A stretch of DNA of 64,000 bases from Anaeramoeba ignava BMAN (lineage: Eukaryota > Protista > Anaeramoebae): the NCBI GenBank assembly GCA_028826165.1, contig JAPDFW010000103.1, forward strand, positions 496,001 to 560,000, read 5' to 3'. A model generated the notes under the pieces. That model was given only the letters and a program-made list of their open reading frames with translations. It was not told where the DNA came from and ran no database searches. Positions 49,153 through 64,000 of the stretch are shown here, piece by piece (position 1 is the stretch's first letter; every line of letters starts with the position of its first letter). A program made the translations under genes and the position numbers.

Positions 49153-49225
49153 GGAGAGATAGTATAAAGGAAAGAATGTGAGCCTGTCAAGCTCAAGATC
49201 CGGAGTTCGAGTCCCGGTCTCTCCA
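49153..49225 (+). tRNA. tRNA-like gene, anticodon GTC (Asp), discriminator A, 1-nt T-stem bulge
   Basis: GGAGAGA/TCTCTCC-A; TGAGC-CTGTCAA-GCTCA; CCGGAG-TTCGAGT-CCCGG. Confidence 0.72.
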
Positions 49226-49768
49226 AAAACGATTTTTTTGTTGTTTTTTTTTTTGAAGTAATTTTAATTTAATTTTAATTTTAATTGTAATTTTATCTAA
49301 TTTAATTGTAATTTCATTGTAATTTTAATTGTAATTTCATCTAATTAATTTTAATTTCTATTTAAATGGTTAAATTGGTTGTTAATTTGTATTAATTTTT
49401 TTTTTTGATAAATGAAAAATCTTTTCTTGTTTTTTGTTGTTGTTGTTTTAAAATTAATCGGTTTTTATCCGTTAAAAAAGATTATTTGAAAAAAAAAAAG
49501 AAAAATGATTTTTGGAAAGGAAAAAAAATGAAAAAAAATGAAAAAAAAAATTTGAATTAAAAAGAAGTTATTTGATTAGTTATTAAATGAGTTAAATGAT
49601 TTAATCTGATCTAGATTTTCCCCAATTAAGAAAACGCCTAAATAATTTTTATAAAAAAAAAAGAGAGAAAATTAAATTAATTTTTTTTCCGATTTTAAAA
49701 TTAAAATTAAAATTAAAATTATAATTAAAATTAAAATTAAAATTAAATTTAAATTTAAAAATGGAAAC

Positions 49769-52700
49769 TCACTTCATTATCAACTTTTCCAAATTCATAA
49801 AAGGTTGTTCAACCAAGAAATAAAGAATAAAACCAATTAAATAGCAAGTACCAACATTAGCAATAGAATTATAAAAAATAGGAGTAGTATCATAATCGAA
49901 CAAAATTCTTGAGCTAAAAATGACCATTAGCATAACAACTGGATGAGAAACATAAACAGAATAAGTTAATCTTGAAATAGGAACCCAAATTTTAAAGAAC
50001 AAAAACTTTTTAAAAGCAGAAGGAGTATCATGGAAGTAAACAAAGATAAGCAATATAAGCCCAACAGCAAGACCCCACAAAAGTTTTGACAAACCAATAT
50101 AAACAGCGTTTTGAGCGTTATTCCAATTATTTCCGAGATTTTTGAAGTTATCATAAGGAGAAAATTGAACCACTGCCATCGTTGCAAATGCGACAAGGAA
50201 AATAATATTCGACAACGCATAGTGAATCTTTGTGATTCTTTTCTTCTTCTCAAATGCTTTTGGTTTGTCAACAAGTTTTTCTTGTTCTTCAATCTCTAAA
50301 ATTTCTGATCGATTTGGTTGAAGTTTTTTCCAACTGAAAGTTGCCATTGCAAATCCAACTCCTACAAGATAAGGCAATATGCGTGTGTATGGTTTCGTGT
50401 ATATTTTGTTCCTGTATGTGTTGTATTGGTCTTCGTCTAAAAGAGTGAAGTTGATGTTGTAGTGATCAACAAGGTAGAAATTAAGTGCAAGTGATATTAT
50501 TCCAAATACTCCGACAATTGAAAATCCAATCCATTGATTTATTATGTATAAAACTGAGAATATTGGTGCAATAATGTAAAATTGAACATCGTTTGCGAGA
50601 TACCAACACCAATCTGAATAATATTATTAAATTAAATTAAATTAAATTAAATTAAATTAAATATTATTATTAAATTAAATATTATTATTGAATTAAATAT
50701 TATTATTAAATTAAATATTATTATTAAATTAATTTTATTATTGAATTAAATATTATTATTGAATTAAGTATTATTAAATTAAATATTATTATTAAATTAA
50801 ATTAAATTAAATTAAATTAAATATTATTATTAAATTAAATTAAATTAAATTAAATATTATTATTAAATTAAATTAAATTAAATTAATATTATTATTAAAT
50901 TAAATATTATTATTATTATTGAATTAAATATTATTATTAAATTAATTTTTATTATTGAATTAAATATTATTATTGAATTAAATATTATTATTAAATTAAA
51001 TATTATTATTAAATTAAATATTATTATTAAATTAAATATTATTATTATTATTAAATTAAAATATTATTATTAAATTAATTTTATTATTGAATTAAATATT
51101 ATTATTGAATTAAATATTATTATTAAATTAAATATTATTATTAAATTAAATATTATTATTAAATTAAATATTATTATTAAATTAAATATTATTATTATTA
51201 TTAAATTAAATATTATTATTATTGAATTAAATATTATTAAATTAAATATTATTGAATTAAATATTATTATTATTATTATTAAATTAAATATTATTATTAT
51301 TATTATTAAATTAAATATTATTGAATTAAATATTATTAAATTAAATATTATTGAATTAAATATTATTAAATTAAATATTATTGAATTAAATATTATTATT
51401 ATTATTATTCACTTACTCATGCATTCATCGTTGTAATCTTTTGGATAAAAATTATTAAAAAAGAATAAAGTTGAATACCAATATTTGTTACAAGTGTTTT
51501 TTAATCCATCTTTAACAAGATGATAATATGGACCATTGCTAAGATGAAGAGATAAATTGTTATAAATGATTAAAACAAAAAAAAGAACAGGAAAAAGACG
51601 GAAAAATCTATGAAAAAAGAATTTTAAATTAAATTTTGAATTGAATTGATTTTTGAATTGAATTGATTTTTAAAATTGATTTTTGAATTGATTTGATTTT
51701 TGAATTGATTTGATTTTTAAATTAAAATTAATTTTTGAATTGATTTTTGAATTGAATTGATTTTACCGATGAATGTAATATTTCCAAAAACTGAATTCCT
51801 TTTTTTTTAGTTTGTGAATTGTATAAAAAGTCACAAGAAATCCACTTATAACAAAAAATGTATCTGCTGCAAATTCAGCTCCCATAATAAATTGAAAAGG
51901 CCATTTTGTTGTTGGACCATCCTCAGAAATTACATAAACAATGTTTCTATAACCAGTAACTTCTTGAATTGAGATTGTTTCACCTAATTTTAATTATAAT
52001 TTTATAAATAATTTTAATTTTAATTTTAATTTTGATTTTGATTTTGATTTTGATTTTAATTTTGAATTTTAATTTTGATTTAAATTTTAATTTTAATTTT
52101 AAATGAATTTTAATTTTATAAATAATTTCAAATTTAATTTTAAATTTAATTTTAATTTTAATTTTAAATAATTTCAAATTTAAATTTTAATTTTATAAAT
52201 AATTTTAATTTTATAAATAATTTTAATTTTATAAATAATTTTAATTTCAAATTTAATTTTATAAATAATTTTAATTTTAATTTTAATTTTAAATTTAATT
52301 TAAATTTTAATTTTAATTTCAATTTTAAATATAATTATAATTTTATAAATGATTTTAATTTTAATTTTTAATTATAATTTTAATTTTAATTTTATAAATA
52401 ATTTTATAAATAATTTCAAATTTAATTTTATAAATAATTTTAATTTTAATTTTAATTTTAATTTTAATTTTAATTTTATAAATAATTTCAATTTTATAAA
52501 TGATTTTAATTTGAATTTTAATTTTAATTTTAATTATAATTTTGATTTTAATTATAAATAATTTTAATTTTAAATGAATTTTAATTGAATTTTAATTATT
52601 TACCTAAAATAATCCAAAACATAGATATAATTCTAAAGAAAGAGAAATGACTGAATTCAGGAAAAGGATAAGGTTTATGCATTTTTCTCCAATTTTTGAA

Positions 52701-53444
52701 GATATTAAAAGAAAGTAAAAGCTTGATTAAAAAACTTTTTTTTGGAGAATCTTTATTTTTCAAATCAAGTTGATCCCAATTATTATCTTCAAGACGCTCT
52801 TCATCTTTTTTTTGGTTGATAATCTCCTCTTTATTAATCTTAGAATTATCGGAAATCTCAGCAGAATCTGAGGAATCATTCTCATGATTTTTCTGCTGAC
52901 TTTTAACAGCAAAATATTGAGAACCTTCAATAGATTTTGATTGAGGAAACTTAAAGTATGCGAGAAAAAAAGCGGATACAACCAAAATAAAGACAATTAC
53001 AACAAGAACAATGGTGATAACAGGACCGGCAGAGAAGTCTCTTTGAAGGTCTTCAAGGCAGTGTATCTCTATTGTTGATGTGATAAGGGTAGTAGGAATG
53101 GGAAGTATATGATCCAAATAAATTTGAAGTGCATCTGGAATTTCAGAAGGATGACAAACATCTGGAAAGCAGAAACCCCACTGAAGAGGAAGTAAAGCTA
53201 CAGTCGCATCTAGTACAAAGTCTACAATGCAATGGTGTGTGTTCTCGAGCATCCAGCACAGCTCGTAATCTCCAGCATCTTTGGGTATGTTTTTTCCTGT
53301 TGCTAAATATATTGCTTCATATGAATCTGGTACTTCGAAATTAAACATCTTAGTGTATACTGTAGTGCAGTTTTCTTGTCCGTTTACAACGCTTATTTCT
53401 AGTACAATTATAATTAGTATAATTATGTTGAATAATTGTTTCAT
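49769..53444 (-). CDS. NRF-6/OACYL-type membrane O-acyltransferase (acyltransferase-3 family) with signal peptide and Cys-containing NRF domain; 4 exons
   Basis: GDYELC...WGFCFPDVC; FRIISMFWIILG; AADTFFVISGFL; RFFRLFP; WCWYLANDVQFY; YTKPYTRI.PYLVG; PISRLTYSVYVSH; YFLVEQPFMNLEK. Confidence 0.9.
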
Positions 53445-53554
53445 TTTTATTTTTTTTTTTTAAAAAGGAAAAAATGAAAAAAAAAATGAAAATTAAAATT
53501 AAAAAAAATTAAAAAAAAATTTTTTTGCTTTTTTTATTCTTCATCAATAAAATT

Positions 53555-56085
53555 TAAATATAAATTTATTTAATATTTTTAATATAAATTTATTCCACAT
53601 TTTTAATATAAATTTATTCCACATTTTTAATTATAAATTTATTTTAATATTTTTAATATAAATTTATTCCATATTTTTAATATAAATTTATTCCACATTT
53701 TTAATATAAATTTATTCCACATTTTTAATATAAATTTATTCCACATTTTTAATATAAATATATTTTATATTTTTAATATATATTTATTTTTATATTTTTA
53801 ATATAAATTTATTTTTATATTTTTAATATATATTTATTTTTATATTTTTAATATAAATTTATTTTAATATTTTTAATATAAATTTATTTTAATATTTTAA
53901 ATATAAAATTTTATTTATTTTTAATATAAATTTTAATATGTTTTTTAATTTATTTCACATTTTATATTTTTAATATAAATTTATTTCCATATTTTAAATA
54001 TAAATTTATTCCATATTTTAAAATATAAATTTATTTTAATATTTTTAAAAATATAAATTTATTTTTACATTTTTAATATAAATTTATTTTATATTTTTAA
54101 TATATATTTATTTTTAACATTTTTAAATATAAATTTATTTTTATATTTTTAATATAAATTTATTCCACATTTTTAAATATAAATTTATTTAATATTTTTA
54201 ATATAAATTTATTTTAATATTTTTAATATAAATTTATTCCACATTTTTAATATAAATTTATTTTAATATTTTTAATATAAATTTATTTAATATTTTTAAT
54301 ATAAATTTATTTAATATTTTTAATATAAATTTATTTTAATATTTTTAATATAAATTTATTTAATATTTTTAATATAAATTTATTTAATATTTTTAATATA
54401 AATTTATTTAATATTTTTAATATAAATTTATTTTATATTTTTAATATAAATTTATTTCATATTTTTAATATAAATTTATTTTATATTTTTAATATAAATT
54501 TATTTTATATTTTTAAAATATAAATTTATTTCAATATTTTTAATATAAATTTATTTTTATATTTTTAATATAAATTTATTTTTTTTTATTCCATATTTTT
54601 AATATAAATTTATTTTTATATTTTCCATATAAATTTATTTTATATTTTTAATATAAATTTATTCCACATTTTTAATATAAATTTATTCCATATTTTTAAT
54701 ATAAATTTTATTTTTATATTTTTAATATAAATTTATTTTATATTTTAAATATAAATTTATTTTATATTTTTAATATAAATTTATTTTACATTTTTTATAA
54801 ATTTATTTTATATTTTTAATATAAATTTATTTTATATTTTTAATATAAATTTATTTTATATTTTAAATATAAATTTATTCCATATTTTTAATATAAATTT
54901 ATTTTATATTTTTAATATAAATTTATTCCATATTTTTAATATAAATTTATTTTATATTTTTAAAATATAAATTTATTCCACATTTTTAATTATAAATTTA
55001 TTTAATATTTTAAATATAAATTTATTCCACATTTTTAATATAAATTTATTCCACATTTTTAATATAAAATATATTTTAATATTTTTAATATAAATTTATT
55101 TTAATATTTTTAATATAAATTTATTTTAACATTTTTAATATAAATTTATTCCACATTTTTAATATAAATTTATTCACATTTTTAATATAAATCTATTCCA
55201 CATTTTTAATATAAATTTATTTTAATATTTTTAATATAAATTTATTTTATATTTTTAATATAAATTTATTTTATATTTTTAATATAAATTTATTTTTATA
55301 TTTTAAATATAAATTTATTTTAATATTTTTAATATAAATTTATTTAATATTTTTAATATAAATTTATTTAATATTTTTAATATAAATTTATTTTTATATT
55401 TTTAATATAAATTTATTTAATATTTTTAATATAAATTTATTCCATATTTTTAATATAAAATTTATTTAATATTTTTAAATATAAATTTATTTAATATTTT
55501 TAATATAAATTTATTCAATATTTTTAATATAAATTTATTCCACATTTTTAATATAAATTTATTTAATATTTTTAATATAAATTTATTTTAATATTTTTAA
55601 TTATAAATTTATTTTATATTTTAAATATAAATTTATTTTTATATTTTTAATATAAATTTATTTTTAATATTTTAAAATATAAATTTATTCCAATATTTTA
55701 ATTTAAATTTATTTTATATTTTTAATATAAATTTATTTAATATTTTTAATATAAATTTATTTGATATTTTTAATATAAATTTATTCCACATTTTTAATAT
55801 AAATTTATTTAATATTTTTAATATAAATTTATTTTATATTTTTAATATAAATTTATTCCACATTTTTAATATAAATTTATTTAATATTTTTAATATAAAT
55901 TTATTTTATATTTTTAAATATAAATTTATTCCACATTTTTAATATAAATTTATTCCACATTTTTAATATAAATTTATTCCATATTTTTAATATAAATTTA
56001 TTTAATATTTTTAATATAAATTTATTTTAATATTTTTAAATATTAATCTATTTTATATTTTTAATATAAATCTATTTTAATATTT
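53555..56085. repeat. ~2.5-kb 24-bp satellite (AATATAAATTTATTCCACATTTTT and variants) between divergent genes
   Basis: Directly visible tandem units; related to the 9490-13325 array. Confidence 0.92.
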
Positions 56086-56318
56086 TTAAATAAAAATGAT
56101 CAAAAAAGAAAAAAAAATTTTTTGTTTTTATTTTGTTTTTATTTTTGACACTTTTTTTGCTTTTAAAAAATAAAATAAAATAAATAAAAAAAATATTGAA
56201 TAAATGAAAAATAAAAAGAAATAAAAAAGAAAGCAAAAAAAACCAAAAAAAATATTTTTTTAATTTAAAAAATTTTCATTTTTTTTCCTTTTTTATTTTT
56301 CAAAAGCAAAATTCCAAA

Positions 56319-61552
<5,234 letters not shown>

Positions 61553-61687
61553 ATTCAAATTCAAAATTCAAATTCAAAATTCAAAATCCAATTTTTTTTC
61601 ATTTTTAATTTTGGTTTAATTGATTCAAAAATAAAAAACCAAAATTCATTTTTTTTCTTTTTTCTTTTTTCTTTTTCTATTTTTAAA

Positions 61688-64000
61688 ATGAAAGTTTTAA
61701 TTCTTTTAAATTTCTTTTTATTTTTAAATTTAATAAATTCAAGTAAAAAAAAATTTAAATTAAAAAAAATTAAATTAAAAAAAATTTCTTTTATTATTTA
61801 TTAAAATATTTATAAAACAAAAAGAAACATTTCCAAAAATTTGTGATGAAGGTCAATACTTGAACCAAGAAAATAATTCATGTGTTAATTGTGCTAATGG
61901 AACATATTCACTTGGAGGAGGAATTTTATACAATAATTGGACTTCTTTACCAGAAAATTTCCAAATAACTTGCACAGGAAATAATTGTATATCATGGATA
62001 ACAGAAGGAAGTTATATCAAAAGCGGTAATTCTGGAACTGATTCAACTGATTCAATTTTGAAATATTGGGTTTATTTAAACAAAGATGGAAAAATTGAAT
62101 TTTCTTATAAAGTTAATAGTCAAGAAAATAAAGATGGTTTTATTTTTTATATTGATGGATTCCCAAGAATTAATTTGGAATCATCCATTTTGGAATATCA
62201 AACAGTTTCCTTTTTTTTATCAAGTGGAATCCACCAATTTGAATGGGTTTATCACAAGGATTCTTCAATTTCTACTGGTTTGGATTGCGCTCAAATTGAA
62301 TATATTAAAGTAATTGGAATTAATTATTCAGCAAATCAATGTGAATTATGTTCAAAAGGATATTCAAGTTTTTCAGAATCAAGTGAATGTTTTATTTGTG
62401 AAAGAAATTATTATTCACCAAAAGAAGGATCTGAACAATGTTTTCAATGTAATTCTAATGAATACTCTGATATAGGAGCAGATCATTGTATTCAAAGAGA
62501 AAATTGCACTGATGATGATTATCAATTTTATTTCTCAAATTGTGAAAATAATGAAAGAACAAAAAAATGGAGATTAATTGAACCAAGTATTTGTTCGAAT
62601 GTTTCAGATAAACCTGATGAACCAGGATATTCTTGTGCTGATTGCAATCCTGGAAGTGTTATGAATAATAGTGTGTGCGAATTTTGTCAAGAAGGATTTC
62701 AAAGAAATCAATCTTCATCAGTATGTTCTCCTTGTGAAGAAGGTCATAAAGCAAGTATTGCGAAATATATCACAAATTTTATTGATTTACCAAATGAAAT
62801 GTATACAGATTGTTATGGTGAATGCGGATATCCAGGATGGAGACCAATGGTCGATTATTTGGATTCAGGTGTTGGTCATTTGGGTTTTATACAAAATTCT
62901 ATTGTTCAATTTATTAATTTATCAAATCCTGGAAATATTATTTTTAATTACACTTTACAATGTGAAAATGTTACAACTTATCAAGTTTATTGTGGTTTTA
63001 ATTTCTTTATTGATAATGTTGTTTATTATTCAATGTATGATAAAAACATTACAAATCAAGTTGTTGAATATAATTTAACTTCTGGTGAACATACTGTTGG
63101 ATGGATTTTTTGGAAAGTAAATATTCAAGAAAAAAGAAAATTCAATTATTAATATTTATTAAACAAAAATTAAAAATAATAATTCTTTCTTTTTTTTTAC
63201 TTTTAAGGCTTATCCAAATAGATCATATTCAAATAATGATTTCGCAAGAATAAATCAAATCATCATTCATGGTGTTTCTCCTCAAGAAGGAGGAGCAGAT
63301 ACTTGCCAAATTTGTCCAGAAGGAACTTATAGTGAAGGAAATTCATCATTTTGCTCATTATGCAAGCCAGGTCAATATGGAAATAGAATGGGATTATCAA
63401 AATGCTATGATTGCCGAGAAAACACATTTTCAAAAGATTCAGGAAGCACATCTTGTTTGGATTGCGGACCTGGAACAACTTCACAAAGTGGAGCATCAGA
63501 ATGCAATACAAATAACTGCACTTTTACAATTAATGAATTGGATATCACTTATAATTTACAACCTCTTGAATCAAATACTTCAATGAATGGACCTGTTTTT
63601 GATTCTTATGGAAACAAATATTATCTCAGTATTTGCAATCAAAACCCAACAAATAATACTTGTTTGGATGAAAACAATCAACCAATTTTAACTTATGCTT
63701 GCCAAGAATCATCAAGTAATATTTCAATAGATATTGGCAATATAATTGGATTCGAAACTTTATCCTCAAATCCAAGAGATGGATTAATTGTTAGTTTTGG
63801 AAATGGAGAAATTGGATGTGATTCAAATCAACATAGAAATTCTTCAATAACTTTTATTTGTGATGTTTATTCGGGAAATGGATCTTTAGTTGCTGATGGA
63901 AATGTAATTGATCCTCAAAATCCTTGCAATTTCAAGTTTATATGGAACACACAATATGCATGTCCTTTATGCACAGAAAGAGATTATTCCTTTTTTTACA
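61688..64000 (+). CDS. ELAPOR/KIAA1324-like Cys-rich secretory-pathway protein (signal peptide, TNFR-like Cys repeats, beta-sandwich domains, MRH-like domain); runs off the window
   Basis: Signal-peptide exon from 61688; CDEGQYL...CANGTYSLGGG...W; GKIEFSYKV...FIFYIDG...GIHQFEWVYHKD; CTDDDYQFYFSNC; C-terminal SSITFICD...CNFKFIWNTQYACPLCTERDY. Confidence 0.8.

Overview
Very AT-rich, gene-dense eukaryotic (protist-like) genomic DNA. The standard genetic code fits, and there are many spliceosomal introns, most of the long ones filled with gene-specific micro/minisatellites. The overall style is reminiscent of Anaeramoeba-type genomes, but that is my unverified impression. Reconstructed protein genes: UBE2T-like E2 (partial), TRIP12/UFD4-like HECT E3, a BTB protein, importin-alpha, two tandem bacterial-type PRPP synthetases, rhomboid protease, ankyrin-RhoGEF-PH protein, PEX22-like, VAMP7-like, a truncated clathrin heavy-chain paralog, NRF-6-type acyltransferase, long-chain acyl-CoA synthetase and ELAPOR-like (partial). 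Three observations stand out. (1) Both PRPP synthetase copies carry an AT-AC, U12-type (minor spliceosome) intron, with a hairpin between the branch point and the acceptor. (2) A 4.5-kb array (44773-49225) holds about 10 tRNA-like genes that share one body but carry different, often non-canonical anticodon loops, several with the alanine identity pair G3-U70. (3) A TTTATTCCAC motif is shared by two 24-bp intergenic satellites and the ~58-bp-periodic spacers of the tRNA array. Several frameshifts at homopolymers suggest residual assembly errors, so single-base observations need read validation. Many listed ORFs, especially the low-complexity ones, are repeat or antisense artefacts.
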